In this document: positions 22,029-33,000 of the stretch, piece after piece | Layout: every line of letters begins with the position of its first letter | How positions within the stretch are numbered: the stretch's first letter is position 1 | Assembly (NCBI GenBank): GCA_958431155.1 | Contig: OY288106.1 | Coordinates: forward strand, 717,161 to 781,160 | DNA length: 64,000 nucleotides | Direction of reading: 5' to 3' | From: an uncultured candidatus Porisulfidus sp. | GTDB taxonomy: Bacteria; Pseudomonadota; Gammaproteobacteria; Poriferisulfidales; Poriferisulfidaceae | Translations under genes and position numbers: made by a program | Notes under the pieces: generated by a model | Database searches by the model: none | What the model was told of the DNA's origin: nothing | Seen by the model: the letters and a program-made list of their open reading frames with translations, nothing else

Positions 22029-22865
22029 ATGTCGATCCCCGCTTACTACAACGGCGAATACCGTCCCCTTGAGGGACTCATGGTCCCGATCATGGATCAC
22101 GGTTTCCTGTTCGCCGACGGCGTGTACGAACTGATTCCGGTTTATCGCAAGCGGCCGCGCTGCCTGGACGACCACCTGGAGCGCCTGAAAAACAGCCTTG
22201 CCGCCATCCACATCGAGGGGGCTCCGGAAGAACCGGTTTGGCGCGAGATCTGCGCCCGCCTGATCGAGCAAGGCCCGGACGAATGCTTTGTCTACTTCCA
22301 GGTCACCCGCGGCGTCATCCCCGAGGGGGCCCCTTTCCGCAAACAGTTCCTAGACGGCCCGCCTACCGTGTTCGCCATGGCGCAACCCCTGCCGAAGAGG
22401 CCCGACTCAATCCATGCCATCACCCGCGAAGACGAGCGCTGGGGACGCTGCCACATCAAGTCCATCATGCTGCTGGAGACCGTCCTCGCGACGCAGGCCG
22501 CAGTGGACCAGCGGGCAGGAGAAGCGATCCTGCACCGGGGGAATGAAGTCACGGAGGGTGCCACCAGCAATGTCTTCGCGGTTATCGACGGCCGAGTCCG
22601 GACTCCGATGCTTAGCCTCCGGATCCTGCCGGGCGTAACCCGGAAATTGGTGTTGAGACTGATGCGAGAGAATGGAATGGAATACCAAGAAGGCCGACTG
22701 AGCGTAAATGAACTGCGACGCGCCGAAGAAATCTGGGTCACCGGCTCTACTCGCGGCGTCATGCCGATCGTCGAGTTGGACGGTGTCCCGGTGAGCAACC
22801 GGACCATCGGCCCGGTGGCACAACGTGTCCGCGGCTGGTATCGCGAGTACTGCAGCACGCCATGA
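22029..22865 (+). CDS. dat: Class IV aminotransferase, probable D-amino-acid aminotransferase
   Basis: DHGFLFADGVYE, HIKS PLP lysine, EGATSNVF, ILPGVTR. Confidence 0.8.
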   Translation: MSIPAYYNGEYRPLEGLMVPIMDHGFLFADGVYELIPVYRKRPRCLDDHLERLKNSLAAIHIEGAPEEPVWREICARLIEQGPDECFVYFQVTRGVIPEGAPFRKQFLDGPPTVFAMAQPLPKRPDSIHAITREDERWGRCHIKSIMLLETVLATQAAVDQRAGEAILHRGNEVTEGATSNVFAVIDGRVRTPMLSLRILPGVTRKLVLRLMRENGMEYQEGRLSVNELRRAEEIWVTGSTRGVMPIVELDGVPVSNRTIGPVAQRVRGWYREYCSTP

Positions 22866-23491
22866 CTCCTGCGCCCACAATCCGTTATTGGGACCTGTAT
22901 GACTACGTCCCCTGCGCCGAGGCCATGCGTCGGCAGACCGACGCGAGAGACGAGGCCAGCGCCGATGAAATCTGGCTGCTGCAGCACCCGAGCGTCCTGA
23001 CTCTCGGCGCCGGCGCCGACCCCTCCCACATCCACCCCCAATGCTCGTTGCCCGTGGTGCGCAGCAGCCGGGGTGGCCAAGTGACCTGTCACACGCCCGG
23101 TCAACTGGTCGTCTATACCCTGCTGGACCTGCGCCGACTGCGTCTCGGGGTTCGCGCATTGGTGGAACGGCTGGAAGGGGCGATATTGGCCCTTCTGGCG
23201 GAAGCCCGGACCCCCGCGTACAGGGAAAGCGGCATGCCCGGCGCTTATGTGGAAGGAAAGAAAATCGCATCCATCGGACTGCGGGTCAGCCGCGCCAGAA
23301 GTTTCCACGGACTTGCGCTGAACGTCCACCCGGACCTGAGCCTGTTCCGGCAGATCAATATCTGCGGCAAGCCCGGGCTGGAAGCCACGAGCCTGCACGA
23401 GTGCGGGGTCGACTGGAGCGTCGACGAGACCGCCCAAAGGTTCCTTCCCCATCTGCTGCAGGCCCTGTATCCGAGCGAGGCCCGCGCGTGA
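22862..23491 (+). CDS. lipB: Lipoyl(octanoyl) transferase
   Basis: [27 protein letters not shown]. Confidence 0.95.
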   Translation: MTPAPTIRYWDLYDYVPCAEAMRRQTDARDEASADEIWLLQHPSVLTLGAGADPSHIHPQCSLPVVRSSRGGQVTCHTPGQLVVYTLLDLRRLRLGVRALVERLEGAILALLAEARTPAYRESGMPGAYVEGKKIASIGLRVSRARSFHGLALNVHPDLSLFRQINICGKPGLEATSLHECGVDWSVDETAQRFLPHLLQALYPSEARA

Positions 23492-24447
23492 GCCTCCCTC
23501 CCGGCGTCAAGCAGACCGCGGAGCAAAAGATTTCGCGTATCCCGATCAGGCCGGCCGCCGATGCCCCCACCCTGCGCAAGCCGCCCTGGCTGCGCATCCG
23601 TCTCCAGCACGCTCCCCAGGTGCGGCGGATGCGTGAACTCCTCCGTTCAAGGTCCCTGCATACCGTGTGTGAGGAAGCGTCCTGCCCGAACCTGCCGGAG
23701 TGCTTCGGCGACGGCACTGCCACATTCATGATTCTCGGCGACCTTTGCACGCGCCGCTGTCCCTTCTGCGACGTGGCTCACGGGCGGCCGCTGCCGGTGG
23801 ATACCGATGAGCCGAAGCGCCTGGCGGAAACCGTCGCGATGCTGAGACTGCGCTACGTAGTCATTACCTCCGTCGACCGGGACGACCTGCTCGACGGTGG
23901 CGCCCGCCATTTCGCAGAATGCGTCCGCGCGGTGCGCGAACGCAGCCCCGGCATCCGCATAGAAGTCCTGGTCCCGGACTTCCGCGGTCGGCTCGTCCGG
24001 GCACTGGAGGAATTGGAAGCCGGGGTTCCGGACGTGTTCAACCACAACCTTGAAACCGTCCCGCAGCTATACCGCGCCGCGCGCCCGGGAGCCGACTACC
24101 ATCACTCCTTGGAACTGCTGAAACAATTCGGCTGCGCCCACCCGGACATCCCGACCAAATCGGGCCTGATGCTGGGCTTGGGCGAGACCGCTCGACAGAT
24201 CCGTGCCGTCATGCAGGATCTTCTGGACCATGGCTGCCGGATGCTGACGCTCGGGCAGTATCTACAGCCGACCCGGCACCATCTCCCGGTCTGCCGCTAC
24301 GTGCCGCCGGAGGAATTCGAGGAGTTGGGCAACGAGGCTAAGCGGCTCGGGTTTTGGGAAGTGGCCAGCGGGCCTTTGGTGCGTTCTTCCTACCATGCGG
24401 ACCAGCAGGCGACAGGCATTCTGGGGCACAGGCCAGGCACAGCCTAA
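23488..24447 (+). CDS. lipA: Lipoyl synthase
   Basis: [12 protein letters not shown] and CTRRCPFC clusters, RSSY; GTG 23488 overlaps the lipB stop. Confidence 0.96.
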   Translation: MSLPPGVKQTAEQKISRIPIRPAADAPTLRKPPWLRIRLQHAPQVRRMRELLRSRSLHTVCEEASCPNLPECFGDGTATFMILGDLCTRRCPFCDVAHGRPLPVDTDEPKRLAETVAMLRLRYVVITSVDRDDLLDGGARHFAECVRAVRERSPGIRIEVLVPDFRGRLVRALEELEAGVPDVFNHNLETVPQLYRAARPGADYHHSLELLKQFGCAHPDIPTKSGLMLGLGETARQIRAVMQDLLDHGCRMLTLGQYLQPTRHHLPVCRYVPPEEFEELGNEAKRLGFWEVASGPLVRSSYHADQQATGILGHRPGTA

Positions 24448-24537
24448 TTTCTTCGGAAATCTGTCAAGAAAGTATTCGTTTCGAGCCTCTCATTCGGCTA
24501 TAATCCCCGCCTGCGTACCCCCCCATAGGAAGCTTCC

Positions 24538-24639
24538 GTGAAAATAGAAATCACACGTGCCGATCTGTTCTTCATGATGATGATCGCTGGAATTTGCGGC
24601 GGGGGACTCGCCGCTGTTGTCAGCATCGTGCTTTGCTAA
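24538..24639 (+). CDS. Putative 33-aa single-TM small protein
   Basis: MKIEITRADLFFMMMIAGICGGGLAAVVSIVLC; TATAAT at 24499-24504 and AGGAAG RBS before the GTG; below ORF-track cutoff. Confidence 0.55.
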   Translation: MKIEITRADLFFMMMIAGICGGGLAAVVSIVLC

Positions 24640-24872
24640 GCCGCGGAGTACTTCGCCAGTCTGCATGTGTTCTCCCTGCCACGGAAAATTTCGGGTGAGT
24701 CCGCGTACCTCCCTCGCCTAGCCTTTATCCTGCGCAGCGGATAAAACCCGAGAGCCGACAGGCGCTTGCAGAAGCCTGCGACCGCAGGCACAACGGCAAG
24801 GATGCCGGATTCGACGGGCAAGTCATTCGTCCCCGTCGACTCGAAGAAATCACCACCAAGAAGTCGTTCGCC

Positions 24873-25991
24873 TCAGCGACACACGGGCGGATCGCCTTTC
24901 AGGCCGTCTTTCACCAGAAGAATCTGCCACAACTGGTTCTGGCGCGCCCGGAAAGAACCGGCACAACAGCTCAGGTAGTACCGCCACATGCGGAAAAACC
25001 GCTCATCATAGCGGTCGCGCAAGGATTCCCATGCGCCCTCGAAGTTGGCCCTCCATGCCATAAGGGTGCGATCGTAGTCCTGGCCAAAACCGTGCCAATC
25101 CTCCATTACGAACAGATCCTCGATGGACTGCCCGATCTGTCGGATCGAAGGCGTCATGCCATGCGGGAAGATATACCGATTGATCCAGGGATCGGTGCTG
25201 GTCTCTGTGGTATTGCGGCCAATGGTATGGAGAAGAAACCGGCCCTCGGACGGCAGCAATTCACACACTTTGTGCATGAAGGTTCGGTAGTTTTTGTAGC
25301 CGACATGCTCGAACATCCCGATGGAATAGACCGCATCGAACGTTTCGCCCGGCGGCAGATCACGATAGTCCTGCTGGAGAATTTGTACCGCTTGGCCCGC
25401 GCAATGCTCGCGCGCGAACTTGGCCTGCTCTCCCGACAAGGTCACCCCGATCACTTCCACTCCGTAGCGTTCGGCAAAAAACCGGCACGCTCCGCCCCAT
25501 CCACATCCGATGTCAAGAATCCGGGCGTCCGGCTGAAGAGCCAGTTTGCAGGCGATCAGTTCCAGCTTGGCCACCTGCGCCTCATCCAAGGTCTCGGCCC
25601 GGCGCCAGTAGCCGCAGGAATACATCATCCTTTGATCCAGCATTTTGCTGTAAAGATCGTTTCCCACGTCGTAATGTTGCCGGGCAACCCGCCTGGAGCG
25701 AATGCGGTTCTGCATGTTCAACAACTTCGAAAGCCCACGAATCTTGATCTGGTTCAGACCAATTACCCGCTGGTCGAGGCCAAGGCGTAGTACCCGTGCA
25801 AAAAATTCGTCCAGTGCCTCGCAGTCCCACCAGCCGTCCATGTAGGATTCACCCAGACCGAGTGACCCCTGCGTAAGGATCCGCCAATATAGCCGGGGAT
25901 CGTGCACCTGAAGGTCCCAAGGCTGGGAGCCGTTCTCCTCGATTCCGGCAGAGGCCAGAATCTTCAATGCCCATGTCCTCGCAACAGACAT
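24873..25991 (-). CDS. cfa: Cyclopropane-fatty-acyl-phospholipid synthase
   Basis: LGESYMDGWW, HYDVGN, LDIGCGWG, SIGMFEHVG, RMWRYYL. Confidence 0.95.
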   Translation of the reverse strand: MSVARTWALKILASAGIEENGSQPWDLQVHDPRLYWRILTQGSLGLGESYMDGWWDCEALDEFFARVLRLGLDQRVIGLNQIKIRGLSKLLNMQNRIRSRRVARQHYDVGNDLYSKMLDQRMMYSCGYWRRAETLDEAQVAKLELIACKLALQPDARILDIGCGWGGACRFFAERYGVEVIGVTLSGEQAKFAREHCAGQAVQILQQDYRDLPPGETFDAVYSIGMFEHVGYKNYRTFMHKVCELLPSEGRFLLHTIGRNTTETSTDPWINRYIFPHGMTPSIRQIGQSIEDLFVMEDWHGFGQDYDRTLMAWRANFEGAWESLRDRYDERFFRMWRYYLSCCAGSFRARQNQLWQILLVKDGLKGDPPVCR

Positions 25992-25993
25992 TT

Positions 25994-26566
25994 TCAGTCC
26001 TCGTTCGACAATTCGAATTGATGGGTCTCCACCGTCCAGCCGGCACTGCCAACCGTCAGCATCAGGCAGGAAGGTCCTTCATGAACCCGGGTCCGGCCAG
26101 CCGCGCCGGGATTCAATATCCAAGGCAGGGCCTCTTGGTCGCAGACCAGTCGGTGCGTATGCCCGTAGACGACGGTCCTGGCTTCCGGCCATGCTTTCCT
26201 CAATCTCCCGTGTGCCGGAGAAGCGCCGAACTGGTCGCCATGCGTCACCACCAGCGTACCACCGGGAAGCGGAATCTCGGCGGTCACAGGCAAACTGTCT
26301 CCATTGGCATCCCTACCCCCGACATCGTTGTTGCCTGCCACAGCCACAACCCGCCTTTGCCCCACCAACTCCCCAAGAGTCTCCAGCACCGATGCTCCCA
26401 GCACATCGCCCGCATGCACGATCCAATCGGCATCAGCCAGAATTTCCCGGACGTTCGGGTCGATCCATCCGTGCGTGTCCGACAAGATCCCTATCTTTAT
26501 TGTCCGGCGGGAAGCTGTCGACGCGGCCTCCTCGAATCGGGGCTCAACCCCAGATTTACTCTCCAT
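25994..26566 (-). CDS. Calcineurin-like metallophosphoesterase (YfcE/MJ0936-like)
   Basis: SDTHG, HAGD, GNND, GHTH, LNPG. Confidence 0.88.
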   Translation of the reverse strand: MESKSGVEPRFEEAASTASRRTIKIGILSDTHGWIDPNVREILADADWIVHAGDVLGASVLETLGELVGQRRVVAVAGNNDVGGRDANGDSLPVTAEIPLPGGTLVVTHGDQFGASPAHGRLRKAWPEARTVVYGHTHRLVCDQEALPWILNPGAAGRTRVHEGPSCLMLTVGSAGWTVETHQFELSNED

Positions 26567-27479
26567 ACTGCCGCTTCTGCAGGTCTTCCTGGTGCGTCGT
26601 AATCTGTTGCTGGCGGCGCTGATCCCAAACTTCCCGACGTTCCTTGATCCGCTTCTCCCGGGCGCCGGGTCGCACTTTCACCGAATTGACGCCGAACAAC
26701 ACCTGCTCCAGGAAACCCATGGCAAACTCATGCAAGCTTTCCTCATCGTCCAGCAGCTCCCGTTCCTGCTCCGGCGAAAGGTCGACCACTTCCTTGAACT
26801 TTGGGCTCTGCACGAATTCACGGAAACTGTCCAGATCATAGCTACACATGTCGAACAATTGCAGGCTCCGTTCGGACGGCGAACCCACGGTAGGACCTGC
26901 CGAGCGTTTTTTGAGGATTAACCGGCGCCAGTGGCTGTTCATCTCATCGTACTTGTCCAGCCCCTGCTCCATTCGATATTCCTCCACCGTCTGCTCATGC
27001 GGTTCTTCATGCCCCAAGCAATGCGCCTCACGCACAACGAAATAGGCGTCCTCGACTTCGCCGGAGCCTTTCTTTCGCACCGCCATATTACCCAAGGCGT
27101 AGTAGCGGCAGGCGGCCGGACGATCTTCGTAAACACTGCACCCTTCCTCGGTCAGGTGAATGCACTCGGAAGTGCCGGGCTTGGTCGCCATTTTCAGCCC
27201 CGGCATGCCATGGGCATCCATTTCGAACGGTATTGTGTAGCGCCCGACGAATTCGCTGGAAGTCAGGCCCAGACGGTTTTTCAAACGCAGGATGTCGTAG
27301 GAAGTGAGTTGCAGATCAATGTTTCGGCAACATGCGTTGAAACAGGCGATATCCTTGTGGCAGCGGAATTGGAATACGCTGTCGAGAGTCAATTCCACCG
27401 GCCGAATGGGAGAAGCCTGAGGGGGCGACGCGGGCTTCGCGGAAATACTCATAGTATGGACCGGGGTTATCGTTTCCAT
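26556..27479 (-). CDS. YkgJ/UPF0153 cysteine-cluster (Fe-S or Zn) protein
   Basis: CHKDIACFNACC, CIHL...GCSVYEDRPAACRYY, HCLG; start ATG 27479 or 27452. Confidence 0.8.
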   Translation of the reverse strand: METITPVHTMSISAKPASPPQASPIRPVELTLDSVFQFRCHKDIACFNACCRNIDLQLTSYDILRLKNRLGLTSSEFVGRYTIPFEMDAHGMPGLKMATKPGTSECIHLTEEGCSVYEDRPAACRYYALGNMAVRKKGSGEVEDAYFVVREAHCLGHEEPHEQTVEEYRMEQGLDKYDEMNSHWRRLILKKRSAGPTVGSPSERSLQLFDMCSYDLDSFREFVQSPKFKEVVDLSPEQERELLDDEESLHEFAMGFLEQVLFGVNSVKVRPGAREKRIKERREVWDQRRQQQITTHQEDLQKRQYGE

Positions 27480-27699
27480 TTTATAGTATGACCGCTGCCA
27501 TGGGGGGGAGAACCACACCATCGCAAGCCAAGAAAATCCCATTCATTCCAGCCCTTTCCGGTCCATAGCCGTATTGCGCCCGTGTGCGTTCGGGAATGAA
27601 TGCTTCGACGAAGTGCAAGTTCCCTTCCAACCGTGCCCCGAGCAATGGATATGAAAACAATCTTTGTTTTTTTCAAATAGATGCAATGAACATCGAAAG

Positions 27700-28029
27700 C
27701 TTGTTTTAAAGGATTCCCCCATGCTACTAGAACTAGTCGAAAATCACCTGATGTATACTGTAGGGGTGAGGCATGGATCAGGGCGCATGATGTGCTGGGA
27801 ATCCGGCCTCGCAAACGAGTCACAGCAAAAAGTCCCCGTGATCGACTGTTTACTCTTATCGCGCACCGGCTCCAACCGAAAGACTTTTTGCCGCCTGTCC
27901 TGCCTAAGCACAGTACGCGAATCATGGATATGAATCTACAAATCTGCGATCCACGCCTTGGCGTGCACGGCGTACGGCCTGATGCAATCGAATGCATGAC
28001 GGGTGTTCTGCAACCGTTGAAGGATCATC
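27700..28029 (+). promoter_or_regulatory. Structured 5' leader region of rne
   Basis: Nested stems GGATTCCC/GGGAATCC, CCATGC/GCATGG, TCACC/GGTGA and GCAAAAAGTC/GACTTTTTGC in a 550-bp intergenic region. Confidence 0.55.
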
Positions 28030-30045
28030 ATGAAACGAATTCTTGTGAATGCCACGCAGCAGGAAGAACTGCGCGTGGCTATGGTCGACGGCCAAGAGCT
28101 GTACGATCTTGACATTGAACTGACCGGGAACAAACAAAAGAAATCCAACATCTACAAAGCCAAAATCGTTCGCGTCGAGCCTAGTCTCGAAGCAGCCTTT
28201 GTGGATTACGGTGCGCCGCGCCACGGATTTCTCCCCTTTCGGGAAATCGATCAAAGTTATTTCCAGAACCGGAATGCGTCCTCTATCCGTGAGGCCATAA
28301 GCAACGGTCAGGAACTGATCGTCCAGGTTTCCCAGGATGAGCGTGGCAACAAAGGCGCCGCACTCACGACCTACCCCAGCCTGCCTGGCCGTTTCCTAGT
28401 GCTGACGCCGAACAATTCGCGCGCCAGCGGAATTTCGCGGCAGATCGAAGGCGAAGACCGGGACGAACTGCAGAAACTTGTTTCCCAATTGACCCCTGTC
28501 GAGGGAGGTGGAGTTATTGTTCGAACTGCAGGAATCGGCCACAGCATCGAAGAGCTGCAGTGGGACCTCGACAATCAGGTCCGTCTCTGGAAAGCCATTC
28601 AGGAAGCGGCCAAGAAGCCTGCGCCTTTTCTCATCTACAGCGACAATGATGCAGTCGTCCGCGCCCTGCGGGACAACCTGCGCGATGACATCGGCGAAGT
28701 CCTGATCGACGACGACGAAATTTACGAGCAGGCGTGCAAGTTTGTCGAACGGATGGCTCCGCAATACCGCAAAAATATCAAACTGCACCAAGAGACCATC
28801 CCTCTGTTCAGCCATTACCAAATCGAAAGCCAGATCGAATCTGCGCATGACCGGATGATCGACCTGCCCTCCGGCGGCACGATCGCGATCGATCACACTG
28901 AGGCACTGGTTTCCATCGACATCAATTCGGCGCGCGCCACCAAAAGCGGCGACATCGAGACCACTGCCTTGAACACGAATTTGGAAGCAGCTAGGGAAAT
29001 CGCCCGTCAGTTACGGCTACGCGACCTCGGTGGCCTCATCGTGATTGATTTCATCGACATGGTCAGCACCTCGAACCAGAAGAAAGTCGAAAACGAATTC
29101 CGGGAACGTACCCGGCTGGATCGGGCACGTGTGCAGATCGGACGGATTTCCCGCTTCGGGCTTTTGGAGCTATCCAGGCAGAGGCTGCGCCCCGCGCTTG
29201 GGGAATTCACCCAGATGACTTGTCCCCGTTGTGACGGGCACGGCGCGATCCGAACGATCCAGTCCCTGTCTCTTGCCATTCTTCGCCTGATCGAAGAAGA
29301 GGCGATGAAGCAGAACACGGGGATGGTGATCACGGAACTTCCCATCGATGTCACCGCCTACCTACTCAACGAAAAACGCGACAGTATCGAGAAGATCACC
29401 CGGAGACATGGCCCCCATGTCCGTCTGTTGCCGATGCCGGGGCTGGAGACACCGCACTACCGTGTACACCGCTACCGGGAAGGCGATCCGGAAATCTCAC
29501 GCCGCTTCGATTATCAATCTCCGATTGTCCACGAACCGGCGGCAGTGGAAAAGCCCCGCACGGCCAAGCCCCCTGCCACTCGTCTCGGACGCCGGGAACA
29601 ACCGGTCGTCAATGTGGCGGAACATATCACCGATTCCCCGAACGGTAAAAGCCTGACACGGGGTCTTCGGCGATTCATTAACCTCTTCACTGGATCCGGC
29701 GATCCGCTTCCCGCAGAAGGCAAAGCCGAATCCGGTTCTTCGAAAAGACCGGAAAAATCTAGATCGGAGAATCAGCGACGCCGCTCCCGCTCCCGCCGCC
29801 GAGGGACGGGTCATCAAGCTCGAAGAGAACAGCGGGCCGGCAGCGAAGAATCCGAGCAAAGCGGCAACCGCCCGAGCCGGCGTCGGCGCGGCCGAAGGGG
29901 AGGACGCAACCGCAGACGCGCCGCCGGCGCCGAATCTGCTGGTCATCAGTCCAACGGCAGCACTCCCGCCCAGAAGACATCTAAATCCGAGTCGAAGCCT
30001 CGAGCCGAAACCACCGCGCCGGCCTCGCCCCCGGCAGGGGAATGA
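28030..30045 (+). CDS. rne: Ribonuclease E
   Basis: MKRILVNATQQEELRVA, LRDLGGLIVIDFIDM, CPRC Zn-link, amphipathic helix LTRGLRRFINLF, Arg-rich tail. Confidence 0.96.
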   Translation: MKRILVNATQQEELRVAMVDGQELYDLDIELTGNKQKKSNIYKAKIVRVEPSLEAAFVDYGAPRHGFLPFREIDQSYFQNRNASSIREAISNGQELIVQVSQDERGNKGAALTTYPSLPGRFLVLTPNNSRASGISRQIEGEDRDELQKLVSQLTPVEGGGVIVRTAGIGHSIEELQWDLDNQVRLWKAIQEAAKKPAPFLIYSDNDAVVRALRDNLRDDIGEVLIDDDEIYEQACKFVERMAPQYRKNIKLHQETIPLFSHYQIESQIESAHDRMIDLPSGGTIAIDHTEALVSIDINSARATKSGDIETTALNTNLEAAREIARQLRLRDLGGLIVIDFIDMVSTSNQKKVENEFRERTRLDRARVQIGRISRFGLLELSRQRLRPALGEFTQMTCPRCDGHGAIRTIQSLSLAILRLIEEEAMKQNTGMVITELPIDVTAYLLNEKRDSIEKITRRHGPHVRLLPMPGLETPHYRVHRYREGDPEISRRFDYQSPIVHEPAAVEKPRTAKPPATRLGRREQPVVNVAEHITDSPNGKSLTRGLRRFINLFTGSGDPLPAEGKAESGSSKRPEKSRSENQRRRSRSRRRGTGHQARREQRAGSEESEQSGNRPSRRRRGRRGGRNRRRAAGAESAGHQSNGSTPAQKTSKSESKPRAETTAPASPPAGE

Positions 30046-30046
30046 G

Positions 30047-33000
30047 CTATTGCTTCGATTCTGATTCGGAATCCGTAACTTCTTCAATAATCGGATCTGA
30101 CCAAGGACCGGTCACCCGGTAGGTGACTGCCGTCGCATCGTCGATGCCGAGGCCCAACCACTCCAGCACCTTGGTGCCGAGATACGCTCCAGCGATTCCG
30201 ATCGGCCCCCCAACGGCACCGATCGCCGGTATCAACACACTGGTTTCGGGCGTCGCCACCACGACCAAATCATAGTCCTCGTCCTCCACCCCGATGCGGC
30301 CGACTATCAGAAACTGTGCTGACGGCCCGATGATGCGGAATTCACTGGTGTTCAGGTTGCCTTGCAGGAAGTCAAATTTCCCCTCCGCGGTCTGATAGGT
30401 GAACCCACCGCGGACCACGTCGTCAAAATCGAGCGACAAACGCTCGAAAATCATTTCGAGATTCAGCAAGGCCAGAATGCGCGCGAATTCCGGCGCCACG
30501 TTGCGAATGCGTCCATCCTTTCCTTTTATGTCGATGTATCCCTGAAGATGTTTGAACTCGTAATCATGGGGGGCTCCAGCCCATTGCAGAGCCATGTCCA
30601 TATCGATCACCCCCTTGCGCAGAGGGTTCTTGACTGACCAGTGGTTCAGAGTCTTGTGCAGGTCTTCCGTATGTGCCGTACCCCGCAACAGGGTGAGATG
30701 CTTGCCTTTTTCCAGCGACCAGTATCCTCCCAGGTCCATATTGAACTTGTGGGATTTCGCCTGCAATCTGTCGATGTTGGCTCGCCGGTCGCCGGGAGAT
30801 GTCTCGAGCGTCGCATCATGCAACTCATAAGGCCCGATGTGTAGCAGTTTGAACTTCAAATCCAGAGGCGGGAGGTTCTGAGGATCGTAGTCCGTTCCCT
30901 CCACATCCGCCATGGTCTCCAGCTGTTCTGCAGAAACACGCAGCCATTCGAAGGCCCCTCTTGCCGGTTTCCCTTCCCCTTCGGGCAAGTCGACCATGCC
31001 GCGGATGGCCGGTGCATCAATGGCAAATTGATCACTTTCTTCAGTGAATCGCGCCGACACTTTCGCATCGCTCACCTCCAGACTGAACACCTTCAGGCGG
31101 CCCAGTTTCAGGCTTGAGATTTCTGGCCACAGGCCCCCTTGCCCGGCACGCCGTTCTTTCCAGTCGGCCCAATCCTGCAGGCTGGTCTCCGGCAAGCTTC
31201 CCGTCAACCTTAATTTGGAATCCGAGGGAGCAGGCGGCATTTTCGAACCCAGATTAATCGTTCCGCTCGCCGCGCCGTCGGGAGTCATCCTGATGCGTGC
31301 ACGCGCCTGCTCTGCATATTTGATCGCAAGATCCACCTGTCCATTGAATTCAATGTCCGCCTTCACTTCGAGAGGCTGCTCGCTTTTCTTTGGTTTGTTC
31401 AGGGGCTTCGGCAAATCAACCTCGACCCCCCGAAAATCGCTGCTGCCGAATATGGTCAGGTGTTTCCGTTGGGATTTCTCCGTCACCCCAGGCAGCAACA
31501 GCACGAGGTTCCAGGCAGAATGCCCCTTGAGCCAGGAAAATGTCGGGCGAATTTCCTGCGGCATGTAATCCTTCAACGATGCGGAGGCCTGCATTTTGAT
31601 CTGGAGATCTCCTGATTTGGCCGTCTCCAGCCCGATGCGGGCGGGACGGCCCATGAATTGGGCATCCAGCGAAGCCGTCAGTGCCTCATTCTGGTATCGC
31701 ATCTCCCCTTTGATTTTGTCCAGGTAAGAATCATTGGCCAAGATGTCCAGCCGGTTGCCGTGGAGGTTCAAGATGCCCTTCGCCGAGGTTTCGTGAGCCA
31801 AGCGGCCATCAAGTGGGATATTCAGCTGGAGATCGAGCGTTGAATCCCCTCTGAACTTGAGCGTCCGGTTGAATGTCGGAGCCATCCATTCGACCATCTC
31901 AAGAAACTCCGGCACATCGCTCACCGGGCCATTCACCACGCTGCTTGAATACAAATCCATCAGGCTCAAGTCGTCTATCCGCAGTGCTCCATGACTCATG
32001 GTCGATCCCTTGATTTTTGCCTTGTGAACAATGACATGCAGTGACTCCTTGTCAAGGAATACCTCCCCGTTCATGTCCTCAAACATCGGCAATCCCGGCT
32101 CGTAATCCACGTCAACCTCATATAACCGGCCATCCAGGGTCAACTCCGATCCGGCGGCCGCAAACATTTCGTTCGACAGCGGCCCGCCCAAACGCAAACG
32201 TGCGCCACTCAGGCGCCCCGCCTTGAACGCTGACCGTACCCATCGATCATCTGCCTCCAACAGCAGATCGGGGGGGACCCATTGCGACACGGTGGGCAAG
32301 TCCGCGTTCTCAATCCCAATGTCCGCATAAAGCCAACGCGGTTCGCCAGCGCCCATCGAGATGTCGCCTCGGAGCCTAAACGCAGGATTCGACATCTGGA
32401 GATTCGCCAACTTGAATGCACAGCAATCTTCCGTCGGCCACCAATCCAGTTGGAATTTCGTCAAGCCAGGGCGAAAGGCATCCAAGCTCCACGGTGCATA
32501 GGAAACTGCCAGGTTTTCCGAATCCAGGCTGAGGCGAATGCCTTGTTCAGAACCGTTCACCGTGCCATCAAGACCGGTCAGAAGAAAATCCCCTTCCGGC
32601 ATTGAAATCTCGAGCCCCTCCATCCCCGCATGGATGCGGTAGCGTAGCGGGCTCCGCCAGTGGATCTCCCCGCTTGACCGGGAAAGCATCCCGGATCTGA
32701 TGCTGCCGGGAAGAAAATCCTCCATCCGGTATCCGACCACCTCTGCAACCCGCCTTGCGAGCGTGATGTCCAGCGAGGTCAGATAGCCGCGAGTAAACTC
32801 CTCGCCATGTTCGACGTACACCCCATCCGCGACCGCATGCTGGTCCAGCTTCAACTGTTCCAGCGCAACCGCGTATCCTTCTTCCAGGGTCCGCCATTTG
32901 AGCGCGGCCGTCATTTTTTCCCAATCCGCATTCTCCGCACGCGGCTGCTCCAATTCGACCCACACTCCCGCCAACTGCGGCACCTGAGTCTCCCAGACCA

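Noticed and set aside
23041..23487. Long N-terminal extension of LipA, and similar ones for DegQ, RplD, RplN, RpmD and YbeY in the track
   Set aside because: They overlap upstream genes or tRNA; coupled downstream starts give normal lengths
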